Positions 37,013 to 47,284 of a stretch of DNA of 64,000 nucleotides are shown here, one piece after another. Position 1 is the stretch's first letter, and each line of letters opens with the position of its first letter. The stretch comes from an uncultured Erythrobacter sp. GTDB taxonomy: Bacteria; Pseudomonadota; Alphaproteobacteria; Sphingomonadales; Sphingomonadaceae. Under the pieces are notes generated by a model. That model saw nothing but the letters and a program-made list of their open reading frames with translations. It did no database searches and was not told the origin of the DNA. Position numbers and translations under genes: made by a program. The stretch covers positions 151,093 through 215,092 of the forward strand of contig CANMSD010000004.1 in the NCBI GenBank assembly GCA_947500645.1. The letters run 5' to 3'.

Positions 37013-37462
37013 CTATGGCGGCGTAACTGAACCGCTGGTGACCAGCGAGATCGAAGAAAACCCGGCTCGGTTCAACTCACCCATAACAGCCATCACTCTG
37101 CCGTAATCGAGACTTCGGTCTCCCCGCAGCACGATCAGTGGCTGTTGGCCGTCGCCACGGCGGTCGATTTGCTCGAGCGCCTGCGGGAATGCGCCCGGCT
37201 CTACGCGGGCATCGTCGATATATATCACGCCGCGGCCATCGACCGAAATCGTGATCTGTTCGGGCGTCTGGTCAATCGGGTTGGCGCGGCTCTCAGGCAG
37301 CTCGATCGGCACGCCCGAGGCAAGTAGCGGTGCCGTCACCATGAAGATGATCAGCAACACCAGCATCACGTCGACAAACGGCGTGACGTTGATTTCGGCC
37401 ATCGGCGCACGGCGAGACCGGCGCGCGCCGCCGCGTGAGCTGGAGGCAAGGCCCATCGCCAT
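37013..37462 (-). CDS. tolR: TolR/ExbD family protein
   Basis: EINVTPFVDVMLVLLIIFMVTAP; LRGDRSLDYG. Confidence 0.95.
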   Translation of the reverse strand: MAMGLASSSRGGARRSRRAPMAEINVTPFVDVMLVLLIIFMVTAPLLASGVPIELPESRANPIDQTPEQITISVDGRGVIYIDDARVEPGAFPQALEQIDRRGDGQQPLIVLRGDRSLDYGRVMAVMGELNRAGFSSISLVTSGSVTPP

Positions 37463-38169
37463 TATACTTTATCCAACTCACGGCTGAGGCCCGCATGGAA
37501 GCGGTCGGCGAAGCGCTGCAGGCTAGCCTCATAGCGGTTCACCCGCTGACTGAAACGGTTGTAGGCAATCACCGCCGGAATGGCCGCAAACAGGCCGATG
37601 GCGGTTGCGAACAGGGCCTCCGAAATGCCCGGCGCGACCACGGCGAGCGAGGAACTTTCCTGCGCGCCGATCTGGAAAAAACTGTTCATGATCCCCCACA
37701 CCGTGCCGAACAGGCCTACGAAGGGGGCGACCGAGCCGGTTGTGGCGAGGAAATTGAGCCGTGCAGCGAGCTCATCCGCTTCGAATGCAACCTGGCTTTC
37801 CATCGCGGCGGCGATCCGCTGACGTGCGGCATCGCGATCAACCGGCGCATCCTTGGTCGACATCTTCCACTCGCGCAGACCCTTTGCGGCGACCCGCGCG
37901 GAGGGAACCTCTTTCTGAGAACGCTTGCTCAGCACCGTATCGTGATCGCTCGTCTCGAAGAAATCCTCCTCATAACCGCGCGATTTGCGCTCCATCCCGC
38001 CGATCCGCAGACTGAAAGAAACGATGATCATCCACACCCAGATACTGGCGAGGATCAGGCCCGCCATCACCAGCTGCACAACAATATCGGCGTCGAGAAA
38101 CAGCTCGAGCGGATCGAGCCGCGTTGGCGCATTGGCGGCGGCCGCCGCAAATAGGGAAAGCGTCGTCAT
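37462..38169 (-). CDS. tolQ: TolQ
   Basis: LATTGSVAPFVGLFGTVWGIM; VVAPGISEALFATAIGL. Confidence 0.96.
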   Translation of the reverse strand: MTTLSLFAAAAANAPTRLDPLELFLDADIVVQLVMAGLILASIWVWMIIVSFSLRIGGMERKSRGYEEDFFETSDHDTVLSKRSQKEVPSARVAAKGLREWKMSTKDAPVDRDAARQRIAAAMESQVAFEADELAARLNFLATTGSVAPFVGLFGTVWGIMNSFFQIGAQESSSLAVVAPGISEALFATAIGLFAAIPAVIAYNRFSQRVNRYEASLQRFADRFHAGLSRELDKV

Positions 38170-38618
38170 CAGGCCTCTTCGTCCATGAATGATCGGAAGG
38201 CAGCACGCCATGCGTCGGGCTGACGCCGGGGGCGGCCTGTTGGGGTGATAAAGCCGACACGCAAATGCGCCTCGGCCAGGATTTCATCGCCGCGTTTCGC
38301 CAATTGATGCATGCGGCAACTCGCCGCGCCCAGATCAGTGCATGTGGTCACGATCACCACATCATCGTCTAGCTTGGCCGGGCGCAGATATCTGAGATTG
38401 ATTTCGGAGACGGCGTAGGCGCCCTCCTCCGCCTCAATCGCGGCGCGCTGATCGATATCGAGCATCCGTAGCAGGTCGGAGCGCGCACGCTCAAACCAGC
38501 GCAGATAGTTCGCGTGATAGGTGATCCCGGAAAGATCGGTATCCTCATAATAGACGCGCACCGCATAGAGATGCCGCGGCCCATCGAAGACACCGCCGGG
38601 GGGATTGGGCTCGATCAT
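38169..38618 (-). CDS. ybgC: Tol-Pal-associated acyl-CoA thioesterase
   Basis: VRVYYEDTDLSGITYHANYLRWFERAR; first gene of the tol operon. Confidence 0.93.
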   Translation of the reverse strand: MIEPNPPGGVFDGPRHLYAVRVYYEDTDLSGITYHANYLRWFERARSDLLRMLDIDQRAAIEAEEGAYAVSEINLRYLRPAKLDDDVVIVTTCTDLGAASCRMHQLAKRGDEILAEAHLRVGFITPTGRPRRQPDAWRAAFRSFMDEEA

Positions 38619-38719
38619 CGATTAACCACCTAACGCAGCGTGGATTCGCTGGGAAGTCAGGTTTTCACACTCATTGCTGAATGGCGGCGAAACGAGTCTT
38701 ATGTGCGATGAGAGCGGGC

Positions 38720-39097
38720 TTACCCACTTATCATCCTGCCGAGCGCCTGCCCGCCGAAGAGGTGCACATGCAGATGCGGCACTTCCTGCCCGCCGTGCGC
38801 GCCAATATTTGCAAGCAGCCGATAGCCGGGCTCAACCAGCCCTTTTTCCCTAGCGACTTTGCCCACTGCACGGACGAAACCGCCGATTTCTGCATCCGAT
38901 GCCTTGGTCGAGAAATCGTCCCAGCTGACATAGCGCCCCTTGGGTATCACCAGGGTATGCACCTCCGCCTGCGGGTTAATGTCTTCAAAGGCGAAGGCCC
39001 AATCGTCTTCGTAGACTTTGTTCGACGGGATTTCACCGCGCAGGATCTTCGCGAAGATGTTGTCATCATCGTAAGGCAAAGTCGGATCGATCGGCAT
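38720..39097 (-). CDS. hinT: Histidine triad nucleotide-binding protein
   Basis: IFAKILRGEIP; GGQEVPHLHVHLFGG HIT motif. Confidence 0.93.
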   Translation of the reverse strand: MPIDPTLPYDDDNIFAKILRGEIPSNKVYEDDWAFAFEDINPQAEVHTLVIPKGRYVSWDDFSTKASDAEIGGFVRAVGKVAREKGLVEPGYRLLANIGAHGGQEVPHLHVHLFGGQALGRMISG

Positions 39098-39099
39098 GA

Positions 39100-39414
39100 C
39101 TACTCGCTCCTGCTCGCTTTTTCTTCGAGGCCCGAGACACCTTCGCGCCGGTCCAGTTCTGCCAAGACATGATCAAGCGAGACCCCCCTTGCCTGTAGCA
39201 AGACGAGCAGGTGGAACAGCAAGTCTGCGCTCTCACCGACCAGTTCCTCATTGCTGCCAGAGACCGCTGCGATCACCGCTTCGGTCGCCTCCTCGCCCAG
39301 CTTTTGCGCGATCTTGCCAATACCCTTGGCATTGAGGCTGGCGACATAGCTGGTATCCGGCGCGGCATCCGAGCGTGCAGCGATGGCTTTTTCGAGACGG
39401 CTTAAAGTGTCCAT
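39100..39414 (-). CDS. hisE: Phosphoribosyl-ATP diphosphatase
   Basis: [30 protein letters not shown]. Confidence 0.96.
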   Translation of the reverse strand: MDTLSRLEKAIAARSDAAPDTSYVASLNAKGIGKIAQKLGEEATEAVIAAVSGSNEELVGESADLLFHLLVLLQARGVSLDHVLAELDRREGVSGLEEKASRSE

Positions 39415-39452
39415 GCGCGCTTCTTGGTTCAAACCCCGCGCGCAGGCAAGCG

Positions 39453-40235
39453 CTATACCCCTCGGGCGGGCAAACCGGCGGCGCGCAGAGCCTCATGCGC
39501 CTCGGCGACGGAGTGCGTACCGAAATGGAAGATCGAGGCGGCCAGCACCGCGCTCGCATGCCCTTTTGTGACGCCCTCGACCAGGTGATCGAGCGTGCCG
39601 ACGCCGCCACTGGCGATAACCGGCACACTGACGGCATCGGCAATGGTTCGGGTCAGTTCGAGGTCATATCCCGCCTTCGTACCATCGCCATCCATGCTGG
39701 TGACGAGCAATTCGCCCGCGCCGAGCTCAGCGACCCGCTTGGCATAATCGACCGCGTTGATGCCGGTCGGCTTGCGGCCGCCATGGGTAAAGATTTCCCA
39801 TTGCGGAACGGCCTCGCCAATCGGCAGGATCACGCGCCGCGCATCGACGCTGGCGACAACGCATTGGCTGCCGAATTTGGCCGCGATTTCGCCGACGAGT
39901 TCCGGCCGCGCTACCGCCGCCGAATTGATTGCAACCTTGTCTGCCCCGGCGAGCAACAGCTCACGCGCATCTTCGACGCTGCGCACTCCGCCTCCGACGG
40001 TCAGCGGCATAAAGCACACTTCCGCCGTTCGGCGCACCATGTCGAGCAAGGTACCGCGTCCTTCGTGGCTGGCGGAAATATCGAGAAAACACAGCTCGTC
40101 CGCACCCGCTTGGTCATAGGCGCGCGCTTGCTCGACCGGATCGCCCGCATCCTTGAGGTCGACGAAATTGACGCCCTTCACCACGCGGCCATCGGCCACG
40201 TCGAGGCAAGGGATTACGCGGATACGAACGGTCAT
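39453..40235 (-). CDS. hisF: Imidazole glycerol phosphate synthase cyclase subunit
   Basis: [53 protein letters not shown]. Confidence 0.98.
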   Translation of the reverse strand: MTVRIRVIPCLDVADGRVVKGVNFVDLKDAGDPVEQARAYDQAGADELCFLDISASHEGRGTLLDMVRRTAEVCFMPLTVGGGVRSVEDARELLLAGADKVAINSAAVARPELVGEIAAKFGSQCVVASVDARRVILPIGEAVPQWEIFTHGGRKPTGINAVDYAKRVAELGAGELLVTSMDGDGTKAGYDLELTRTIADAVSVPVIASGGVGTLDHLVEGVTKGHASAVLAASIFHFGTHSVAEAHEALRAAGLPARGV

Positions 40236-40462
40236 GATAAGATCACCGAAATCGCCCCCAGAAAGTACAAGATAGCGAAAGCGAACAAGCCGAACTCCAA
40301 GATCAGCATCACTGTAAATCTGATAGCGTTCTGTTCGAGGCTGTAGGCAAATCGTCCCCAACCAGTCGTTTTGGTGCCGATCGCTCGCCTGACTCTCTTC
40401 GCTTGGCCGAGGACCAACGCGAGCGAGATCGAAGCCGCCCACAGTCCCAAAAAAATATTCAC
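40232..40462 (-). CDS. Small 2-TM hypothetical protein inside the his operon
   Basis: 4-nt overlaps with the hisA stop and the hisF start; two hydrophobic segments. Confidence 0.65.
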   Translation of the reverse strand: MNIFLGLWAASISLALVLGQAKRVRRAIGTKTTGWGRFAYSLEQNAIRFTVMLILEFGLFAFAILYFLGAISVILS

Positions 40463-41187
40463 GCCCGCGTCCCTATCGCAATTGCTGCCGCCAGATCGAG
40501 TTTGCCTTCATACAAGGCTCTGCCGGTAATCACGCCTTCAATGCCCTCATGCGAGTGTAGGCTGAGCACATGGATATCGTCGATCCCCTTCACTCCGCCG
40601 CTGGCGATCACAGGGATATCGACCTGCCGCGCCAGCTCCAAAGTCGCGTCGATATTCGCACCTTTCAGCAAACCATCGCGGCCAATATCGGTAAAGAGCA
40701 GGCTGGCGACGCCCGCATCCTCGAACCGGCGGGCGAGATCGGCCACGGGAACGTCGGACACCTCCGCCCAGCCTTCGGTCGCGACCATGCCATCCTTGGC
40801 GTCGACCGCGACAACGATGCCGCCTTCCCATTCCTTCGCCATTTCCTTGACGAACTCAGGATTCTTGAGCGCGGCCGATCCCATGACCACGCGCGATATG
40901 CCGAGGTTGAACCATCCCTCAACGCCTGCCGCATCGCGAATACCGCCGCCCAATTGCACATGACCGGGGAACGCTTCGACAATAGCTTCGACCGCCTCGC
41001 GGTTCTCGGTCTGCCCGGCGAAACTGCCATCAAGATCGACCACGTGCAGATGCTCAGCGCCCGCTTCGGCAAACAGCATCGCCTGCGCAGCGGGATTGTC
41101 GCCGTAGATCGTGGCGCGATCCATATCGCCCTCGGCAAGTCGCACCACTTCGCCATCCTTCAGGTCGATTGCAGGGAAGATGATCAT
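40459..41187 (-). CDS. hisA: ProFAR isomerase
   Basis: [50 protein letters not shown]. Confidence 0.98.
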   Translation of the reverse strand: MIIFPAIDLKDGEVVRLAEGDMDRATIYGDNPAAQAMLFAEAGAEHLHVVDLDGSFAGQTENREAVEAIVEAFPGHVQLGGGIRDAAGVEGWFNLGISRVVMGSAALKNPEFVKEMAKEWEGGIVVAVDAKDGMVATEGWAEVSDVPVADLARRFEDAGVASLLFTDIGRDGLLKGANIDATLELARQVDIPVIASGGVKGIDDIHVLSLHSHEGIEGVITGRALYEGKLDLAAAIAIGTRA

Positions 41188-41222
41188 CGATGAGTCCCTG
41201 TTAGCGGCTCGCACACGCTCGC

Positions 41223-41312
41223 GCCGTAGCCTCCCACGCCCTCCGCCCTTCCACCCGGATGATAACCCGGTAGGCTCCGGGTGGAAGGGCGGAGGGCGTG
41301 GGAGGCTACGGC
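41223..41312. repeat. Long palindromic element, family 1, copy C (37-bp perfect arms)
   Basis: GCCGTAGCCTCCCACGCCCTCCGCCCTTCCACCCGGA, 16-nt loop, exact reverse complement; between hisH and hisA. Confidence 0.9.
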
Positions 41313-41356
41313 CAAGGCACGCACGGATGTGCGGGCCGTACACGATAAAAACCCAA

Positions 41357-41986
41357 TCAAGGCATCCACTCCAAAAATCTTTCCAGCGTCGCCAATCCGT
41401 ATTCCTGGCTCTTTTCAGGGTGGAATTGCACGCCCAGCACATTGTCGCGGGCAATCGCCGCGACCAGCCCTTCACCGTGATCAGTCAAAGCGGCCACATG
41501 ATGCGGATCGTCGGCAATAAAATGGTAGGAGTGAAGAAAGTACGCCTCGCCCTCCTCGATCACTTCGTGATGGCGCGCATGGGGCAGCAGCGCAACGTCA
41601 TTCCAGCCCATATGTGGCACCTTGATCGCCGGATCGGCAGGCTCGATCAGCCGTACTTCGCCAGGCACCCACCCAAGGCCACGCGTAATACCGTGCTCAA
41701 GCCCGCGCGTTGCGAGCAATTGCATCCCGACACAAATGCCCAGAAACGGCGCGCCGCCGACCTGTACGCGTTCGGTCATGGCGTCGACCATGTGCGGGAT
41801 CGCTTTCAACCCCTGGGCGCAAGCCTTGAACGAGCCAACACCTGGCAGGACGATGCGGTCTGCCGCACGCACGGCATTTGGATCGGAAGTCACTTCAACC
41901 CGAGCGCCGACAGCTTTCAGCGCATTGTGAACCGAGTGGAGGTTCCCCGCGCCGTAGTCCACGAGTGCCACGTTTTCGGTCGGCAT
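41357..41986 (-). CDS. hisH: Imidazole glycerol phosphate synthase glutaminase subunit
   Basis: DYGAGNLHSV, LPGVGSF, LGICVGMQLL, PHMGWN, GVQFHPEKS. Confidence 0.98.
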   Translation of the reverse strand: MPTENVALVDYGAGNLHSVHNALKAVGARVEVTSDPNAVRAADRIVLPGVGSFKACAQGLKAIPHMVDAMTERVQVGGAPFLGICVGMQLLATRGLEHGITRGLGWVPGEVRLIEPADPAIKVPHMGWNDVALLPHARHHEVIEEGEAYFLHSYHFIADDPHHVAALTDHGEGLVAAIARDNVLGVQFHPEKSQEYGLATLERFLEWMP

Positions 41987-42009
41987 CTACAATGCCTCCC
42001 TATCGACGC

Positions 42010-42122
42010 ACGCCATCCGGCGCGCGATATCCTCGCTCATGCGATCAAAGATCGGGTGGCGCATCGCGCCGTCTCCGACTCCGCTGCGGGCGGGCGGTCG
42101 CCCTTGCGGCGGCTGCGCAGGC
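42010..42122. repeat. Intergenic repeat, family 2, copy b (between hisB and hisH)
   Basis: Shares a 19-bp exact block and two further blocks with 11222-11290. Confidence 0.75.
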
Positions 42123-42137
42123 GATACCCTACCACCC

Positions 42138-42743
42138 CTAGCCACCAAGCTGTCCCTTGGTCGATGGAATAGCGCCAGCTTTGCGCGGGTCCTGCTCGAC
42201 GGCGATCCGCATCGCGCGAGCAAAACCCTTGTAAATCGCTTCGCAGATGTGGTGATTGTTGCTGCCATAGAGCAGCTCCACGTGCAGCGTGATGCCGGCA
42301 GTCTGCGCGACCGACTGAAACCAGTGCTCGATCAGCTCCGTGTCCCATTCACCCAGCTTTTCCTGAGTAAAACCAGCATTCCAGACCAGAAACGGGCGGC
42401 CCGAGATATCCAGCGCAACGCGCGCCAAGGTCTCATCCATTGGCGAATAAGCACTGCCATAGCGGCCGATACCCGCTTTATTGCCCAGCGCATCGGAAAT
42501 CGCCTGACCCAGCGCAATCGCGGAATCTTCGGTCGTGTGGTGTTGATCGACATGTAAGTCACCGGAAACCTTCATGCTGACGTCGATCAGCGAATGTTTC
42601 GAAAACTGTTCGACCATGTGATCGAGAAAGCCGATTCCCGTCGAAACATCGTATGTGCCTGTTCCGTCGAGATTTACCGTGATGGCGATCTCGGTTTCGG
42701 CCGTTTTGCGCTCGATCGTGCCGGTCCGACCGGCTGTTTGCAT
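42138..42743 (-). CDS. hisB: Imidazoleglycerol-phosphate dehydratase (start may be 42755)
   Basis: [51 protein letters not shown]. Confidence 0.98.
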   Translation of the reverse strand: MQTAGRTGTIERKTAETEIAITVNLDGTGTYDVSTGIGFLDHMVEQFSKHSLIDVSMKVSGDLHVDQHHTTEDSAIALGQAISDALGNKAGIGRYGSAYSPMDETLARVALDISGRPFLVWNAGFTQEKLGEWDTELIEHWFQSVAQTAGITLHVELLYGSNNHHICEAIYKGFARAMRIAVEQDPRKAGAIPSTKGQLGG

Positions 42744-42870
42744 GTCTGCCTGCATAATGCCGTGGGCTATAGGCCTGTCGGCGCACGGTGCAAGCATATC
42801 GGGCGTAACTGCAAGACATGGTGCGGAAAAGCTTGACCAGCGCCTCCGGCCTCGCCACCTTTTAGAAACC

Positions 42871-43377
42871 ATGAGTGAAGAGACACCCGATAGCCTGATC
42901 CCGTATGACGAGATCGTTCAGGAGGCGCTGCGCGCCGTGGTCGGTCGTGTGCTCGGCGAAATCGTCGCTGGCGGCAGCGAACTGCCCGGAACGCATCACT
43001 TTTACATCACGTTCAAGACGGGCGCTCAGGGTGTCTCGATCCCGCCGCATCTGCGCGAACGCTTCCCGGACGAAATGACCATCGTCCTGCAGAACAAGTT
43101 CTGGGATCTGGAGGTAACCGACACCGGATTCTCGGTTGGTCTGTCGTTCAACCAGATCCCCGCCAAGCTGTCCGTGCCGTTCGCCGCGATCACCGCCTTT
43201 GTCGATCCGGCAGTCGATTTTGGCCTGCAATTCCAGGCGACTGTGGCCGATATGGCCCCGGAAGAGCACGAAGACGCCGAAAACGATTCGCTGGATGGAA
43301 TGGCGGATCTTGCTGGCGATGACGGTCCCGACGATGGCTCGAACGTCGTGACGGTCGATTTCGGGCGCAAGAAGTAA
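42871..43377 (+). CDS. sspB: Alphaproteobacterial ClpXP adaptor SspB
   Basis: [30 protein letters not shown]-terminal [11 protein letters not shown]. Confidence 0.92.
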   Translation: MSEETPDSLIPYDEIVQEALRAVVGRVLGEIVAGGSELPGTHHFYITFKTGAQGVSIPPHLRERFPDEMTIVLQNKFWDLEVTDTGFSVGLSFNQIPAKLSVPFAAITAFVDPAVDFGLQFQATVADMAPEEHEDAENDSLDGMADLAGDDGPDDGSNVVTVDFGRKK

Positions 43378-43432
43378 GCTGGCCGCAGAGGATTTCTCGG
43401 ATCAGCCGCCGACCTCAAGCATTGATAGTCTG

Positions 43433-43819
43433 ATGGACACTGCCGAAACACATTCGCACGAACTCGTGGAAACGAGCGAAACCGCATCAAAGGGTGCCAA
43501 AAAGCCAAAAGTTATGGGCCCGAGCACCAATCCGGCGACCAACCTCCTGATCGCCGACATTGTGCTACGCGGCGCATCGACCCTGTTTCGCAAGAATGTC
43601 GAGAAAGGGATGGTGAGGAAGAGCGATGACGAAGAAAAAGCGCGCGAATTGCTCGACGGGCGCTCGATCATCACCACGCTCGCGCTTTACGGTGCCAGCA
43701 AACTGGCAACGCGTTCGGTTCCCGGCTTGGCCATCGTGGCGGGCGGATTGATCGCAAAAACGCTCTATGATCGCGGCAGATCGATCGAACTTTCCAAACG
43801 ATCCAAAGGCGAAGAATAG
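43433..43819 (+). CDS. Hypothetical protein
   Basis: Clean ORF between sspB and gmk with a C-terminal hydrophobic stretch; no family recognised. Confidence 0.7.
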   Translation: MDTAETHSHELVETSETASKGAKKPKVMGPSTNPATNLLIADIVLRGASTLFRKNVEKGMVRKSDDEEKARELLDGRSIITTLALYGASKLATRSVPGLAIVAGGLIAKTLYDRGRSIELSKRSKGEE

Positions 43820-43919
43820 CGCGCCTTCCGCCGCAAGACTGACCAAAACTTGATCGCGGCGCTCCGCTGCACTTGATTTCCGTCATCGCTTTGCGGCATC
43901 GGATGCTTTTGGGGACCCC

Positions 43920-44564
43920 ATGAGCGACTACAAATCCACCGACAAACTGGCACGGCGCGGGCTGCTGTTCATCCTGTCCTCCCCATCTGGCGCGGGCAAG
44001 ACGACGCTGTCGCGCATGCTGCTGGAGGCGGATCCTGATATCAAACTGTCGGTTTCCGCCACCACGCGCCCGCCGCGGCCCGGCGAGATCGACGGTGTGC
44101 ATTACCAGTTCGTGTCCGATGCCGAATTCGACCGGATGGTGGAGGAGGACGATTTTTACGAGTGGGCGCAAGTCTTCGGCCACCGCTATGGTACGCCCAA
44201 GGGAGCAATCCGCAACGGCCTGAAGGACGGACAGGATTATCTGTTCGACATCGACTGGCAGGGCACACAGCAGCTCTATCAAAAGGACCAGCAGGACGTC
44301 GTCAGCGTCTTCATCCTGCCGCCCAGCCTTTCCGAGCTGCGCCGCCGATTGGAAGCGCGCGCGCAGGACAGCGACGACGTGATCGACGGACGGATGGAAC
44401 GCGCCCGGGCGGAAATCAGCCACTGGGCCGAATATGACTATGTCGTCATCAACGACAATGTCGACGAATGCTTTGAGCGTGTGTGCGAAGTGCTGGATGC
44501 AGAACGGATGCGCCGCACCCGCCAGACTGGTCTGATCCCATTTGTGCGCGAACTGATGGGGTGA
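43920..44564 (+). CDS. gmk: Guanylate kinase
   Basis: SSPSGAGKTT P-loop, SVSATTRPPRPGEIDGVHY, FGHRYGTP, DIDWQG. Confidence 0.98.
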   Translation: MSDYKSTDKLARRGLLFILSSPSGAGKTTLSRMLLEADPDIKLSVSATTRPPRPGEIDGVHYQFVSDAEFDRMVEEDDFYEWAQVFGHRYGTPKGAIRNGLKDGQDYLFDIDWQGTQQLYQKDQQDVVSVFILPPSLSELRRRLEARAQDSDDVIDGRMERARAEISHWAEYDYVVINDNVDECFERVCEVLDAERMRRTRQTGLIPFVRELMG

Positions 44565-44601
44565 ACCTGTAGCGCCGAGTGCGCTATGAGCCATCTTTGA
44601 G

Positions 44602-45399
44602 ATGGAACAGTTCGATTTACGCAAGCGGGAATTTGAAGATAGGGGCCTGATCAAGCTCGAAGGATGGGTCGCGCACGATGACGCCCTGGCTGCGCGCGAC
44701 ATGGTCCTGGACCTTGCCAAGCGACACGACGTTTACGTCGATGATCGCTGGCACAGTTCTCCAAGCCGTTTTGGCTATCCCAAGCCGCTACGCAATGCCC
44801 TCAATGTGCTTGGCAGAGCAGAGCACTTCCCCAATTTGATCGACGAAAATCTAGTGTCACTCGCCGAGCGCCTGGTTGGCGAACCTGTAACGCCAATGGC
44901 GCCGGGACAGCAAATCCTGTTCACACTGCCGGGCGAACAGGATTGGTCGATTCCCGCCGACGCCTGGCATATCGACCTGCCCAAGTTCGGAGAGCAAGCC
45001 TCACCCGGACTGCAGGTGTTCACATTTCTCGACGATGTGGAGCCTCGCGGCGGAGCGACTCTAGTGATTGCGGGTTCACATCTTCTGTTGAACCACTCTG
45101 CTGGCCTGTCGTCCAAGAAGCTGAAGCAGAACTTGAGAAAGGAGCACTATTTCAGGTCGCTGTTCGACCCCGCTCGCCCGCCGATTGCACAGCTTGAAGA
45201 AGCGATGGGACGCGTTGGAGATGTCGAACTGGAGGTGGTCGAACTGGCGGGCCGTATCGGCGACGTCTACCTGATGGATTTGCGTGTGCTGCATACCCCA
45301 GCGTCCAATTGTAGCGACAAGGCGCGCATGATGCTTACGTGCAGACTTCCAAAATCGAAGATCGCCGCGAAGTTTGGCGAGTCATATGCGATCGGCTGA
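44602..45399 (+). CDS. Phytanoyl-CoA dioxygenase (PhyH)-like Fe(II)/2-oxoglutarate oxygenase
   Basis: AWHID (HxD), GATLVIAGSH, VLHTPASN distal His, RMMLT. Confidence 0.82.
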   Translation: MEQFDLRKREFEDRGLIKLEGWVAHDDALAARDMVLDLAKRHDVYVDDRWHSSPSRFGYPKPLRNALNVLGRAEHFPNLIDENLVSLAERLVGEPVTPMAPGQQILFTLPGEQDWSIPADAWHIDLPKFGEQASPGLQVFTFLDDVEPRGGATLVIAGSHLLLNHSAGLSSKKLKQNLRKEHYFRSLFDPARPPIAQLEEAMGRVGDVELEVVELAGRIGDVYLMDLRVLHTPASNCSDKARMMLTCRLPKSKIAAKFGESYAIG

Positions 45400-45602
45400 T
45401 GGGTTGCGGCATGTGCTGAGTGCCGTTCAGCCTCTCGCGTGAAACACGCACAAATGAAGTTCTTAGGCCTTTGCGCTAATTGATGGGCGAACCGCTGCGA
45501 TCAAGTCGGCTGCTGCGAGGCTCGGGATAACTCGTTTCGAGCGGAAATATCTTCCGCAAACAGTGCGCGGGAACGATATGATCGTTCTGGAGAAATAATG
45601 CC

Positions 45603-46469
45603 ATGGCCATACTCGCGCAAAGACCCCACGCCTTCCAATCCAAATTCATCGCCTGCCAGGGCGAAGGTGTCGAAACCAAGCCCGAAGGCCTGTTCGCGAT
45701 CGAAGTGCGTTTCCTCGCCGGCCTGACCCAGCGCCAGCAAGACGCCTTTGCCAACGCAGCCATGCGGTGGACCAAAGTCATCGTCGGTGAGCTGCCTTCG
45801 GTTCAGGTCGACGGTGAGTTGATCGACGACGTGTTGATTCTGGCCGAGGGCGCGCAGATCGACGGACCTGGCGGTATCCTGGGGCAAGCGGGACCAACCC
45901 ATCTACGCCCGTTCGGCGCAGGCGACGCTGCGGCTATACCGGCTAAAGGTCGTATGACATTCGATACCGCTGACCTTGAGGAACTGGAAAGCGCCGAAAC
46001 GCTCGACGATGTCATCGCCCACGAAATGGGCCACGTACTCGGGGTCGGCACAATCTGGGAACAGAAAAACCTTCTTATCGGTGCCCGCACCGACAGTCCT
46101 GCATTCATCGGTGCCGAGGCACGCCGCGAATTCGGAGTGCTGATCGGGGAAGGCCCAACCGATGTTCCGGTCGAAAATCGCGGCGGACGCGGCACAGCGG
46201 ACTCGCATTGGCGCGAGGAATTGTTCCGCAATGAACTGATGTCTGGCTTTATCTCGTCCAGCGGCAACCCGCTCAGCCGCCTGACGGCAGCGAGCATGGG
46301 CGATCTGGGTTACGAGGTCGATCTGGAAGCCGCCGAGCCGTATGACTTGCCCAGCCTGCTGCGCTCTTTCGAATTGCGTCTCAACGCGATGCGCAGCGGC
46401 GTGGACATGCATGCCATGCTGCCGATATTGCCCACCATGCTACCCGACGATTGCATGGAAAACGATTGA
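45603..46469 (+). CDS. Leishmanolysin-related (M8-like) zinc metallopeptidase
   Basis: VIAHEMGHVLG (HEXXH), GTADSHWRE third His, ELMSG Met-turn, LGQAGP. Confidence 0.85.
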   Translation: MAILAQRPHAFQSKFIACQGEGVETKPEGLFAIEVRFLAGLTQRQQDAFANAAMRWTKVIVGELPSVQVDGELIDDVLILAEGAQIDGPGGILGQAGPTHLRPFGAGDAAAIPAKGRMTFDTADLEELESAETLDDVIAHEMGHVLGVGTIWEQKNLLIGARTDSPAFIGAEARREFGVLIGEGPTDVPVENRGGRGTADSHWREELFRNELMSGFISSSGNPLSRLTAASMGDLGYEVDLEAAEPYDLPSLLRSFELRLNAMRSGVDMHAMLPILPTMLPDDCMEND

Positions 46470-46509
46470 CCATGCAGCTGTCCGGGCAAGCCGTACCGGC
46501 CACCATCGC

Positions 46510-47178
46510 TCAAGTTGTCTGACGCTCTTCGAGCTGTTCCAGCAATTCCTTCAGCTGCTCATCGATAATCGCGCCGCTATCGCCGCCGCCGTAATTAAGC
46601 GCGCCGCTGGAAAATGTCGTGCCGAAGGTTGCGTTCAGCCGGTGGGTTTGCAGCACTCCAGAGGCGAAATCGCGCGTCGTCAGCGTGTCGAGCGGGTGGA
46701 TGAATGCGCCCCACACCAGGTTCTGCGCCACGGCATAGCGCGCATCGAGCGCGGTATCGAAATTGGCCTGCATCAGGCGCTCCATCGTGCCTGCGGGCAG
46801 CAGCTCGACCGGCGCAATCGGCGTGATGATCCGCATCCGCCCCTGCGTAGCGTCGGTCACCACCAGCATCATGCGCTCCTCGATGGTGAACTGCCAATTG
46901 TTGCCGTTGCGCTCCGCTTCACCATCGAGCGCGGCGATTACCTCGCCCATCGCATCAAGCTTTGCCTTCAGCTCATCGCTAATTTCTGGCGCGGCCTCGG
47001 AATTCTGCTCCTCACCAGTGTCCTCGCCTTGTCCGAGGTCGCTGAAATCGTCCGAGGGCTGCTGCGCGGTTTCGGCCTCCTGCGCGTCGGCATGAGGGAT
47101 TGCGGCGATCCCCAGACCAAAAAAGACCGCCAAAGCGGCGGCTTGCAACAAACGGTGACGAGGCTGGATTTTGGTCAT
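46510..47178 (-). CDS. Exported hypothetical protein with a YbjN/T3SS-chaperone-like fold
   Basis: Signal peptide, acidic linker, then RMRIITPI...RLMQANFDTALDARYA pattern. Confidence 0.6.
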   Translation of the reverse strand: MTKIQPRHRLLQAAALAVFFGLGIAAIPHADAQEAETAQQPSDDFSDLGQGEDTGEEQNSEAAPEISDELKAKLDAMGEVIAALDGEAERNGNNWQFTIEERMMLVVTDATQGRMRIITPIAPVELLPAGTMERLMQANFDTALDARYAVAQNLVWGAFIHPLDTLTTRDFASGVLQTHRLNATFGTTFSSGALNYGGGDSGAIIDEQLKELLEQLEERQTT

Positions 47179-47284
47179 GGATGTTTCCTTCGGCGCTGCG
47201 CATTGCTGTAACAGTCAAGTTCGCAAAGTGCAGGCCGAAGGTTACATCAGAGGTGCGACCGGGGGCAGCCGCACCTCTTCAGCT

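Noticed and set aside
41188-41475. N-terminally extended 338-aa HisA suggested by the ORF track
   Set aside because: The extension overlaps hisH and runs through a stop-free palindrome; the canonical MIIFPAIDL start at 41187 is preferred.
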